Shown here piece after piece: positions 26,043 through 38,000 of a stretch of DNA of 64,000 bases (position 1 is its first letter; each line of letters opens with the position of its first letter). The stretch comes from Trichinella spiralis. Its lineage: Eukaryota. The DNA lies in contig NW_003526943.1 in the NCBI RefSeq assembly GCF_000181795.1, forward strand, positions 3,563,150-3,627,149, written 5' to 3'. The notes below the pieces were generated by a model. It did no database searches. It was not told the DNA's origin and saw only the letters and a program-made list of their open reading frames with translations. The translations under genes and the position numbers were made by a program.

Positions 26043-28286
26043 ATTATTAAATATTAATAATATTACCCTTTTTATAATTTGCATTTTCTTGATGTTGCAT
26101 AAAATAAGAGCTATTAAATTGTTTCACCTCTCTTCGTAGAGTGTTTCCTGGTTCGTTTATTTTTTTAAAAAAGTGTTTTAAAATTGTTTTACGCCATGCT
26201 GTGTACAGTTAGTTAGTCAGTACAACCGAACGTGTGATTTCTTATTTTGTTTATCGTTTGAAATGTAGATGCAAAAATTTGCCGAAAATTTTCTTGTTGA
26301 TTTGACGTTGAAAATTTTGTATTTATTAATTTCTTTGTATTAATACGGACTGCCGTTTGTGTTGATCAACGTTCGTTGTTTATTCATGTAAATTTGAGCA
26401 ATACAATGAAATGCAGAACGCTAAATGAAGTATTTCAGTGAAGAAGCTGTTCTCATTCTCAGCTTTCGGTTTCTGCTTGCTTTCTTCAAAAGTGGAAGAC
26501 ATCCAGAGCAAGATTTTATTTTCAATTTTCTCAACGCGTCAGGATTTTATTATTTTTTTCATACACCAAGTGACTTTTGTTTGTTCATTGCTTTTGGGTA
26601 TTTATTTGATGGAAAGCAAATGATAAAATAAATTTTTCTCAGAACAATAATCAAATGTTAAAAGCTTTTTCTTTTTATTATTATGCAAAATAGATTGAAA
26701 ACAATCAGATCAAAAGTTGGTGTCTTCTAGTACGCTGTGGAAAGTGGTAGGGAGGGGGGGGGGAGGAGGAGGAGGAAGGAACTGAGAATGGCAACGAACA
26801 AATACGAACAACAACGGATAAAACAAAGCTTCCCAGTGGAACATGCACGGCATATCTGAATTTTCCTTGGGGATTCGAAGCTTCGTCAAAGTTTGTTCAA
26901 GCAAATAACGCTCTGTGAACAGTTGCTATTCCAAACTGCACTGCAAATTAATTAATTGTCAGCTTTGAATGATCGACGAAATTGAAGCATTTCACTTTGT
27001 TTGCTTTTTACTATGAGCTTTCTTCTCACTTTCACATTCTTTGTTTCGTTGCATTCACTATTCTTATCATCATCAATTGTAAATAAAGAGCTGGCAGTTT
27101 TTATGCTAATTAATTGATCAAATTAAAATTTATTCATCCAAATAAATTCTTTCACAATTATGATGTCTAGCATTCAGAAAGGCTGCATGCACATTTTGTG
27201 TTGTATGCAATTGAAATAGAAATAAAAATTTAAATATTATATTTTGATAATTTTAACTTTTCGAAGAATTTAGTTTGAAATTTATTGGCTTTATCTGTTT
27301 TTGATTTGCCTGTATTATTTATAAAATGGTTAACGGGGCATTTTATGTTAATTAAACACGAAGCAAACATATTATCGTGCAGATATTTGCCATTTTGTAG
27401 TGTTGATGCAGTTTCGTGTGAATTGCCAAGTAGGTCGGGCCGCAGTTATTATTATTATTAGTTATGGAAAGCGGCCGAATGAAAAATATTCACCAATGCT
27501 TTGCTTGTGAGCATTATTTTCATTTTACCAGTTTGAAAGTGTTTTGTTTGCAAAATGCTACACAAACAACACCAAATCAAATTTATACAATTTATGCACA
27601 AACAACTGCATAATTTTTTTTGGAATAATTTCCAAGTGAAAATTTCATATCCAAGCGATAATTTTGATAAATGAAAATTTCGAAACTGAACAGTCGAGGC
27701 GAAAACGTACAATTGATTTGATTTAACAACGTTTAATGGATCAAATGATTGTAATAATTGGAAATGTTGACCGGCTTGTTGACCGGCGCCAGTACTGGCC
27801 ACTGACGTCCACGTGATGGTCAATTGCTCGCACTCGACTTGTCCATTTTTATATTCATTCTTCTGGCAGCGTTGCGTCAACTGATCAACCAAACCGGAGG
27901 CTAACCGTAAAAGCTTGTCAGTGAACAGACATACAGCGACAGACACAAGCGCTGAGAGACAGAGACAGAGAGTGTGAATTGACTGTTCAACGCCGGTTTG
28001 TCAGTCGATTTTGAAAACGCAAATAGCACAAGCATCAAGAGGCGAGAAAGACTTGCCCCCCCTCCTCTCTGTGTATGTCTGTGTGTGTGTGTGTGCGCGT
28101 CTGCTTGTCTGTCTGTCTCTATCTGTATTCTCTCATTATTCATTTATACGGTCTGCATTTCTGTGCTCATCTACCTCTCTCGACCTCTCCTGTGCTCATC
28201 TTTTCCCCTTTCACCATCATATAAACCATCCATCATCTACTGTGTGATCATTTAAATAAAAACAACTCTATTGGTTCTTTTGTAAC

Positions 28287-31200
28287 ATGACACTGAATTC
28301 AGCTTACATGTTGCTCAGTAATATTCTGCTCACGCTTGTTTTCAAAGGTAAGCAGCAGCATTACTGATTTTATTACTAATTCGAACGCGAGAATAATTTT
28401 TCCCAAAAGTACAAATCAATCTCCTCCATTCAGTCAATTTTATTCATCAATTTTTTGCCTTTTTATATAATTAGCGTTTTTCTTGATCACTATGAATGTA
28501 AGAAAATTACTGAAGAAAAAAAGACTTTTAATTGAAATTCAGTATTTAAGCAGAAAGAATTTCAAAATGATTGCAAGTCTCTATTTGCATGAACTATGTA
28601 TATTATATTGGCTGTGAAAATAATGCACCTATTTGCACGCGGGAATGTGGTGAAACATTAATTAGAATTAAACAATAAAATTCAAACTATGCAATCAAAC
28701 AAACGTAATTTCAAACCCTATTAGCAATACTTGTGTGAAACTTTTATTATTAAAACACTACAATTAAATTTCACATCAGTCGCGCAATTTTCTTAATTCA
28801 CCACTGTGATTTTTGGATAATTTTGGAAAATCTGATTTCGCTTTCATCAAAATGTCACAGCTCTTCTTCGATCAAATATACATTCAATATCCCATTTGTA
28901 TATAACTGTTTCTTTGTTAAGTTTGGCAACATTCAAAAAATGCTTTTTTGTTTCAAGTTTTTACAGAAACACAACCAAATATTGATTATATGGAAAAGAT
29001 ATTTTTTGATGATAAAATTTTTAAAACCAGAATAATAAAAGCAAATTCACGCTGCAAAGAAATTGAAATAATGTATTTGGATTTGAACGTTTCAAAAATT
29101 TTACCAATTTCATTCTACGAAAAGTAGATTTAATCTTATCTTGCACATATCTTATGATCGCTGATTCGATTGAAAGACAAAAAAATGCAGACTAAGTTAT
29201 TTTTGATCTTTTTCACAAAATGCTGAAGTGAATTTCTTTCTCTTGAAGCGTGAAATCTTACTTTCTTCATAATTTACTTACTTATTGTTCATACTGTAAT
29301 TTGATTATGACAATAATAAATTAAAAAAATGAAATTACAAATGATGTAATAATAAATTATTGTTATGTTGACAAAAGTTCCATTATTTTTGAAAATTTTG
29401 CAAATTTTACTTCATTTTTATACTATTTTTCTTTCCAACATTGATTTCAGCTCAATTTAAATTTAAAATTATGCTGTTAGTTGAATATATCATTATTCTC
29501 TTCTAATCGCAAAAGAGTTTTCATTAACATTGCTTTTAGAGATTAATTGTTGTGCACCCCAACCTGGTTATAATCCTGTGGGAAATTTTCGAGACTTTCT
29601 TGGTGGAAATGTTATGAGCGAAGGTCCCATTCCGCGTGGTATGATTTACCATTTCATACATCAAGTGATGCTTTGAATAATAAATATGCTTATGAGCATA
29701 AATCATTACTTTTTCGGTCATAAAAATAATAACAATAACAATCAATTTGAATTACATTGAAGTTTAGAATTAAACTTTGACCATAAATAGTAACATAAAC
29801 AATAGTACCAACAGTACAGTAAATAGTACAAATAAAATGCATATTTTGTAAAAATATATAGCATACTTATAAATCTTAAATTTACAAGAAAAAATCTCAC
29901 TGAAGTTTACGTTTTAAATAAAGTAAAAAGTTTAATAATACACTTTCATAAAATTTGTTTCTTACTTCTGTTAACTGTGCCAAGTTGAATGAAATAGCAT
30001 ATTAAACTTTATTTGCTAAACAGTTTTGAAATTTTTTGTGTGCTCTATACTGTGTCAAATAATGCACGAATAATATGTTTAGCTTACAGCTTTCCAACAA
30101 CAAATGCGATAGCACCTTATGGAAGAGGTTAGACATGTTGCTTGCTAACTATTTCTATTATTATTTAATCATTTTAAATAAATAAATATATATTTATATG
30201 GATTTTCTAGTTTTAAATTATTTTCTATAATGCTGCATCTTAAATGCATGAAACTATAAATTTTCACGAATTTTTTTTGAAATGTATTTTTGCATCATCA
30301 ATAAATTTGCTTTTTTAAAAATAGTTAAAATTACATTTAAAATTATTACTGCACTTTATTAAGTCAAGTAATAGTTGCAGAATTTCTTTAGTGAACGAAC
30401 TGCCATTAACAAGCAAGAGAGCGACCACGGGAAGAGGTTAGAAATATTGTTCATTGGATACTTTATAAATTATATAAATACGCATGTTGCAATCTCATAT
30501 TTCTCACTTGTACAATAGTTATTTCATCAAGTTCTATTTTAAAAGTTGAAAAAGCACCAAAGTAAGTTTTGAATTAATTTTTTTTCAAAAGTAAGTTTTG
30601 TCGCATGTACAATATTTCATTTCATTTTATATTATATTATATTATAAAATTCAGGCTTATGCTGTATGAAGCTTCAAATTATACAGTAACATTATTTGAT
30701 CCTTTTTACATGTACTAGTAATTGTGAAAATATAACTATAATCATCATTAAATAAAATTTCTTTCTGTTTATGAAATAAAATTGAAAAAAAAATTAAAGT
30801 TGGTAGAGGCCAAGTGAAATCAGCCATGGATTTGTACTGCGTCAATTTTGATTCATTATGTCGTTGGCACAACGCACCTGATGATCAATTAGAATTTTAC
30901 CGAGCCGTTGGAACGCCAAATTTAAATCGACTTCAAATGCTAACTTCCACCTCAGTTCCACCGCAGCCACCGTTCATCTATGCAATGACAACCCAAGCCC
31001 TTTCACCTACAGTATCTGCTCGCCTAGTTAGCGATTCAATTCCATGTCAAGAAGGACAAGGTCAGCTGCGATTCAGGTAATTTTACGCTTTTATGTTAAG
31101 CATTGCGTGAAGAGATGATGCAAGCGCTGTCTATAGATACTGGACAACTCCAATGATAAGAATTCGTGCCTGCGTAAGAACAGTTGGATATGTTGCGTTC

Positions 31201-32668
31201 ATTTATTGCAGTCCGAATGTTGTTGTCGGAAATGCAGGCTCAACTATTGTCTATATTCCAGGTCCATACACGCAACCTTTCGAAGTGAGCAATAGAAAAA
31301 CGAAGTTTAAATTATAAAAAAATTTAATTTTAGCTTGTTATTATTGCTGATAACTTTGTTTACAAAGATAATAACTTACAAGGCGGCCTTGTCATAATCG
31401 ATAACATTGAATATTCTGCAGCATTTTGTGCTCCAAGTACGAAGAAACAATTGATCTTTAAAGCGCATCTCTCATGAAATTATCAATTACTTATTGGAAG
31501 TGTTAATTAGATATTTTCTCGCAAGCAGCTGCACAATCTTAATTACACTGTGATCCGTTTTATTAATATTTAAACATAATAATAATTATTATTATTATCA
31601 TATTTTGAAACGTTTAATGAATATATAATATGAACTTTTATAAATTTTTCTTTTTCTAGACAATCAACAATATCAGTCCAGCATTGGTCCATCATTGCGA
31701 GTATAAATTTTTATTTTCAAACATACTTTATAGTTTTAAAATTAAAATATACACTTTAATTTAAATCAGGTTGGTCTGAGAGGAGTTTATGGAGATGAAA
31801 CTGTGCCACTCGTACTGAAGAGTCCATGCCTTGCACTGAATTGCAAATTTGACCATAATTTATGTCAATACAAAGCATTGCCTGATTTATCTTTTTGGAA
31901 AATTGGTAAAGGACTTGTTCAGAGTGGCAATTCTGTCATTCCGGGTGACGCTTCTTTATTTCCATTCAATTCGAGTAAAATTAATGCAATTTGTGTTTTT
32001 ACAAAACAATAGATGATCATTGGAAATTTTCAGACAGCAGCTATGCTTACACAGAAGGTCACATCCTGTCTGCACGCCTTGAGTCGAAGCCATTCCTTTT
32101 GCAGGATGATTCATTTTTGAAATTTTCCTATTACAAACCTAATCCAATGTCTATCCTTCATCTGTACGCCATGAAAGTGGGAGAAATAAGAGAAACGTTA
32201 CTTTTCAGCGCTCCAATGGTTGAAAACATGCAAGCACATTTCAGGTGGATTGATCACGCAATTTTCCTCAAAGCAGGAGCATATAACAAAGTAGGCAATT
32301 TGTTTTTATAATCCATTGAATAACTTACAGTTAATTAATCATTCAGCTTGCACCAACCAGTTCAAATATTAAAATAATAAATTTCAAAAAGTTGGACTTT
32401 CTGAAAATTTTATTCCATTGAAAAAATTTCTAGCACTCTTTTCAACTTGGGCAAAGTCTTTTCTCACTGAGCGTATTTATTTGGCAGAAATCAATTCATA
32501 TAATAATAATAATAATAATAAATTTCTATTCATTCAAAACGGCGCTTTTATCTTGTAGAAATTTTTTAGGTTACGTTCGAAGTTCGCAACCTGCCTTCAA
32601 AAGAGCTTGTTGGTCTGGATGAGATTCAGCTGTTGGATGCGAACGGTTGGCCGTCGATTTGTCGCTAA
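28287..32668 (+). CDS. Secreted protein with two MAM-like domains (nematode mam/mlt-9-like)
   Basis: Signal exon 28287-28347 (MTLNSAYMLLSNILLTLVFK), then exon 29540-29638 and 45-nt exons 30083-30127 and 30392-30436. MAM-like repeat 1: DLYCVNFDSLCRWHN...ARLVSDSIPC...LRFRYW...GGLVIIDNIEY...C. Repeat 2: CLALNCKFDHNLCQY...ARLESKPF...LKFSYY...VGLDEIQL...C. All introns are GT-AG and in phase; TAA at 32666-32668. The family call is from motif memory. Confidence 0.82.
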
Positions 32669-32776
32669 TGCTTTAGCATTGTCATTTGCAAAAGTATTAA
32701 TTTTTGAGTTTGTTATGCCATTTTATTTTTTCAATCGATTTCGATTAAACAAAACAACACACTATGTCATATTTTT

Positions 32777-35065
32777 TCATGTACGATGAAAGTCACCTTT
32801 TAACATTCGGGAAAGGGTTTTCTTGAATTGAACATTCGCTAATGCATAGCAGAACGGATTGATCGGTGAATTCATATAGCACAAATAATAGCTGACCACG
32901 TAAACCGTTTTCGGTACGCAGTCTTCACAAAACCCGTATATAGTGGCGAGCACGTAGAACGGGGTCCAGAAAGCGACGAAAGCCCCAAGAATTACAGTAA
33001 TCGTGCGCAGTGCTTTTCTGGCCCGATTTTCTGACTTCGACTTTCGATACATCAAACTGTTGCTACTTCCGGCCTGTCGGGTTGGCATTCTGCCAAAAAG
33101 CCGACTAACCGTCGCTTTGGAAGCTTGAACAAGGCCGGCGTGTGGCAACAGCTTTGCCGTATCCGCTGTCATTGTATCTGACTTTTTTGCCTCATCGTTG
33201 GTGTCTTCTTTCGATTCGACAGGTTTTTTCACTTTGGGCGACTTCTGAAAAAATCCAGGATGATATTCCCAACGAATTTGAAATCGACCAAATGTCCAAC
33301 GTCGTTCATGACCCTCGTGTTCATATATAATGCCTGCATTTTTGATGATATTTCTATGGGATGAAAAATCTTCTTCGTCTGATTCTTGCTTGATATCATT
33401 CGACTTCGGCTGAGCTATTTTGCTCATGCGTTCTGGTGAAATTTCTAATATTGTCTCCCAGGCGCACTCATTTTTAGCCAAAGAGGCTACTTGACAATTG
33501 GGCTCTGTTGAATTATGATCATTATCCGACTGTGGTTTTACGTTTGCATCAACGTAGGGCAGTGTAGAAGCGGCGTTAGCGTAAAGCAGAGTCGGTTCTT
33601 GATCCATTCGTACAGATCCACTAGCCGATGGAGAGAGGCTTTTCGGTGATACGGTTTCTTTGAGTGCGATGTCAAGAAAGAAAAATTCCTCTGGACTTTT
33701 TAAAGAAGGATAATCAGAATCAATGTCGGCAATGCGATTGAAATTTAAACTCAAGTTTCGTTTGGTTGCTTTCATGGCTTCCTCAGCTAAAACTACATGG
33801 CACTCGGGTTCGCTGAGTCGGTTACGTTTGAGAATCACAGACATTGCAGTGGATTTAGGATTTGGCACGTCTCCATTTGGGGGGCTATTGCAGCTATTGT
33901 TTGTTTCATTCATAAAAGACACTGATTTTTCCAAAGGTATCAAATTGTCCAGATTTTCACACAAAGCTTCTTCTTTTTTTTCTTTGGGCATGTTATCATA
34001 CTGAGATTGGCTTGAATCGGACGGTTGGACCTTGTTTTGCATTTTTGCGGCATCACTTTCATCGGTACTGCAAGCAGAACTGGAGCTGATATTGTTCACG
34101 GCAGGCAAAAGTGCTTTTCCTTTAGCGGCAGCTGAGGATGATTGCTTAGCAGATGTGTGGTTTCTTGAAGATTTTGCAACTGCGGATGTGCCAGCTGGAG
34201 TTTTCGCATGTTGCGCTCCGGATGATCCTTCACTGTGCTCAGGTGTAATTTGTGATGAATCGTCTTCTTCTTTTAAAGTCGACGATTTCATTGTCAGCGG
34301 CGTTGTGGTTGCTCGCAGTGCACAGATTGCTTGAAAACGTTGACGCTTTTGTTTGGATTTGAGATGCAAATTCCTCGCTGCACGATATATTCCCGCGTAA
34401 AGGATGATCATAACAATTAACGTCGACCAGTAATAGCTGATGTACATGGACATGTTGAAGTATGGATCAACCATGAACTGCACCATGCATTCGTGTTCAG
34501 CCAAAACACGACCTTGTCCACTGAAGTAGCCCCAGCCAAAAACAGAAATGAAAAACAGCAAAGTGGGAACAAGCCATGTGATCGCAATGATCACTAGCAC
34601 TTTGCGTTGTGTGCGCCAGTTGCGATATGTGGTTGGGATTTTTACAGAACAATATCGATCGATAGTGATAAACAGCACTGTATATGTACTTGCTAAACAT
34701 GCACTGTAATCTACCGACAACCACAGATCGCATAAAAACCATCCCATAGTCCACTTTTGTCCATTTAAAACATAAATTGAATAAAGAGGGAAACCTTCCA
34801 AACCGATAAGAAAATCCGATACAGCCAATGAAAAGATGAAATAATTGCTCGGCTGGCGAATGTTTTTATCAATGTAGAAGGAAATCATGACCATCAAATT
34901 TCCAACAACTGTGATAATGCTCAAACTGGCCGTGATCATGCCAAGAATAATAATTTCAGTGAGAGAATATGGCGATGACCAGTCGAAATTTGCATCAGTT
35001 GAATTTCTCAAAGTGTGGTTAACGTTGAGCGCCGGCATATCAATCGTACCGATTGCAGGGTTCAT
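32777..35065 (-). CDS. G-protein-linked (muscarinic) acetylcholine receptor, C. elegans GAR-1/GAR-2-like, ~762 aa, single coding exon
   Basis: Class A 7TM protein: GNLMV (TM1), NYFIFSLAVSD (TM2), CDLWLSVDY...IDRY (TM3 with the amine-binding Asp), very long third intracellular loop, ENRARKALRTITVILGAFVAFWTPFY (TM6), YYLCYMNSPINPFCYALAN (TM7). N-terminal N-glycosylation sequons NHT and NST. The first in-frame ATG is at 35065. A splice acceptor at ~35102 suggests upstream exons. Confidence 0.96.
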   Translation of the reverse strand: MNPAIGTIDMPALNVNHTLRNSTDANFDWSSPYSLTEIIILGMITASLSIITVVGNLMVMISFYIDKNIRQPSNYFIFSLAVSDFLIGLEGFPLYSIYVLNGQKWTMGWFLCDLWLSVDYSACLASTYTVLFITIDRYCSVKIPTTYRNWRTQRKVLVIIAITWLVPTLLFFISVFGWGYFSGQGRVLAEHECMVQFMVDPYFNMSMYISYYWSTLIVMIILYAGIYRAARNLHLKSKQKRQRFQAICALRATTTPLTMKSSTLKEEDDSSQITPEHSEGSSGAQHAKTPAGTSAVAKSSRNHTSAKQSSSAAAKGKALLPAVNNISSSSACSTDESDAAKMQNKVQPSDSSQSQYDNMPKEKKEEALCENLDNLIPLEKSVSFMNETNNSCNSPPNGDVPNPKSTAMSVILKRNRLSEPECHVVLAEEAMKATKRNLSLNFNRIADIDSDYPSLKSPEEFFFLDIALKETVSPKSLSPSASGSVRMDQEPTLLYANAASTLPYVDANVKPQSDNDHNSTEPNCQVASLAKNECAWETILEISPERMSKIAQPKSNDIKQESDEEDFSSHRNIIKNAGIIYEHEGHERRWTFGRFQIRWEYHPGFFQKSPKVKKPVESKEDTNDEAKKSDTMTADTAKLLPHAGLVQASKATVSRLFGRMPTRQAGSSNSLMYRKSKSENRARKALRTITVILGAFVAFWTPFYVLATIYGFCEDCVPKTVYVVSYYLCYMNSPINPFCYALANVQFKKTLSRMLKGDFHRT

Positions 35066-38000
35066 TTTGAACACCAGCTTAGAAATCAACAGCGATTCTT
35101 TCTAAAAGAAATTGTTTTTAAAGTTCTATCAACCATTCACTTGAATTGAAAACACTTTTTTGTCAGATAAAAAAGAACTGAAAATAAGATGATTTCTTTT
35201 TTTTGAAGTAAAGCATCACTTAAAGCTTACTTAATAGTTATCAATTTAGCTGATACATAACAACAGGGACGCAAGAAAAACAAACATTGAATTGGTCTAT
35301 AAATAGCTTTGGTGCGTATAAGCATCCCACAGAACATTTAAACAGAATCTGAAAAGTTTTAATTTCAAAAAAACCGCAGTTTTTTGCATTACTTGCGTAA
35401 TTTTATGCTGATTAAGCGTTTCACTTTAATTAACTTATCCTGTTCAATTTTTGCTGTGATTTATAAGAAAAAAGATAAACAGCAACACAAATTGAACAAT
35501 GAGCTTTTCTATTAGCTGACTATTGGAAGATTTCCAATGTGAATTGCCCATTGACTTGAAAGTATGCTTAGGAAGGGTAGCATTTTGCGAAAGAATGTGC
35601 TCAAGTGAGATGGATGATCATTAAAGAAAACTGCTCGTGCGTGAACTACAAGCCAAGTTTTGGAAAATGTATAGTTCAATTTGAGCACAAATGTCAAATG
35701 CCCTTGATATTTTTTAACACGGATCGACTTGGAATACTGTCGTTTGAATGTTATATGAAAGCAGTGGAATAATTTTAATGATTTCATATCGACGAACGGA
35801 AAGTAAAAGCTAGCATAAAAACTAACCGTTGGGATCCTTGTGAAAATAATAAGGAAATTGATATGAGTGATGAAATTTGCATTGTTAATGGGTTCGTTTA
35901 GTATAAGCATTGACATAGCTTTCCACATGTAAATTATTATAAGAAAAAAAATTTTGATTTTATAGAGCAGTTTTTTAATCTAATATTGGCATAGCAACCA
36001 TTGTATTTCACCTTTACAAGCTAAAGAAAACAGATCAATTTATGCATATATATATATTTTTATTTATTTATTTATATAGCCATGCTATTGGAATTACAGA
36101 AATAATTTCAAATAATTGAAAATGTTTATTAATTTAATTTATTAAAAATTTGATTATTTCCACGTTTCAAAAATGAGTTAGTTAAGTTCTCTGTGAAATC
36201 ACATTTCAAAATGCTGATTTACAATGATGGTAAAATTTTCCGTTCAGTTAAAAAATTACGCAACAGAATGCCGTACACATTTTCATATGCATAATTTTAT
36301 TGTTTTAAAGTAATGGATGTTTGACAAAAAGTAAAATAGAAATATTAGCATCAGCTTTATTAAAAACGTACTTAGTTAAATAACAATTTGAACAGTTCTT
36401 AAAAATTATATGAGTATAGAGTCACTTTTTATGACCATCCAGACGTTTACAACTGACAACTGTAAAATAAAATAAATCAGTTGAAAATCAGTTTACATTA
36501 TTACTCAAAGTTACTTTAAAATCAATATTTAATTTGATTTATATTCATAGTTTTGGTTTCCTACTGCATGTTAAGGTACCTGACAAAGAAATTCACAACT
36601 ATACTTCAGTTTTGTGATCGACGAACAATTAACTGTCTGTGATTAATGACTGCATTTTGTATTTTAAGAATAATTATCTCATTTTGTGTTCAAAATAAAT
36701 ATTTCTTCTCTCCGTAAAATGCAAATTTTTAAAAAAGTTCATTTTAAATATTACATGCCTAAGAAAAGCATATGAATTCCCAAAAAGAAAATTCCCCCAT
36801 TACACAACGGCATTATGCTGAATGAAAAATATTTCAGATTACCTGCTTTCAGAACTAATTTTTTTAAATATTATCAAAATAATAAATACAAATTTAGTAA
36901 ACAAAATTAAACATCTAATATAGATAAAGAATAATAAGAGGAATTGCACAAAATTAATAAAACAGTAAAAAATTACAACTATTTATTATATTGTCTTTGA
37001 AGTTACGTCATTTAGAACGCAATAGAAAACTGGGATATCTGTTTCAAATATATTTTTCAAGCTTATTTATAAATAAATATTTATTATTACATATTCATAA
37101 TAGGAAAAACAATAGGGTATATATTATTTAAAATGCAGATTTTCTTTGTTCTATTGTAGCTAAATTATTAAATGTTGAAAATTTACAATACTAAAAATGC
37201 ATGCTTTCTAACCTGACCAAATAAAAGATTAGCATAAATTACAAAAAAACTTTCTTAATGAATGAATGTCAGATTATAATATGAATGACCAAACATTAAG
37301 AAAGCTTCAACTTAATTTTCTTGAACTTACAGCATCAACATCAACGCCAAGCAGCGAATTCCTGGCCAAATGTAGTAATAGTGGTTATTTGCGCTTAATA
37401 TAAAAGTGCTGCTTAATATGAACGTCATTTTCTTTTGCTTATTCTTATAATAGATGTTTATTTATTTATAAATAGGTACTGTATTTTGAAATTCAATTAG
37501 AATAGATGATTTTGTGGAAAGTTTCAAACAGGATCATTCAAGAAAAAAGCAATTGAAAGAATGCTTCAAATTCCGGTCAGTGTTAAGCTGAAGTCATTTT
37601 TAAATTAGAGAAATGTTTTTACTCAGTAAGTTGTCCATTAATTATTCAAGATGTGTCAAGGCAAATCGTTTCTCTGATTGCTCTTTCAACAGCAGCTCTC
37701 TATTATCTTTTATTAGGTTAAAAGTAATTTCTCTTATCTTTCAAATTACTGAATTTGACAATGATCATCTTATGCAAATGATATGCCTAAGAGATGTTTA
37801 TTAACTTTTCCTGCTTTTCTGCTATTAACTTTTTTATAAATATGCACATATACATTAAAGAAAAAGCAAATATTTAGGGAAATAACAACAGTTTGAAGAT
37901 TAATTTTAATATTTAATTTCTTTTTCTCACTATAATATTGATTGTAAATACATGACATTATTCTAATGTCTGAATTCACTAAGTGCATTGATTTCAAAAA

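Noticed and set aside
27458..28255. ORFs of 78-162 aa on both strands
   Set aside because: Most have non-ATG starts, they are built partly from (GT)n/(CT)n repeats, and they have no motif. Better explained as the MAM gene's promoter region.
33142..35105. Plus-strand ORFs overlapping the receptor
   Set aside because: Antisense shadows of a long coding exon, with no independent evidence.
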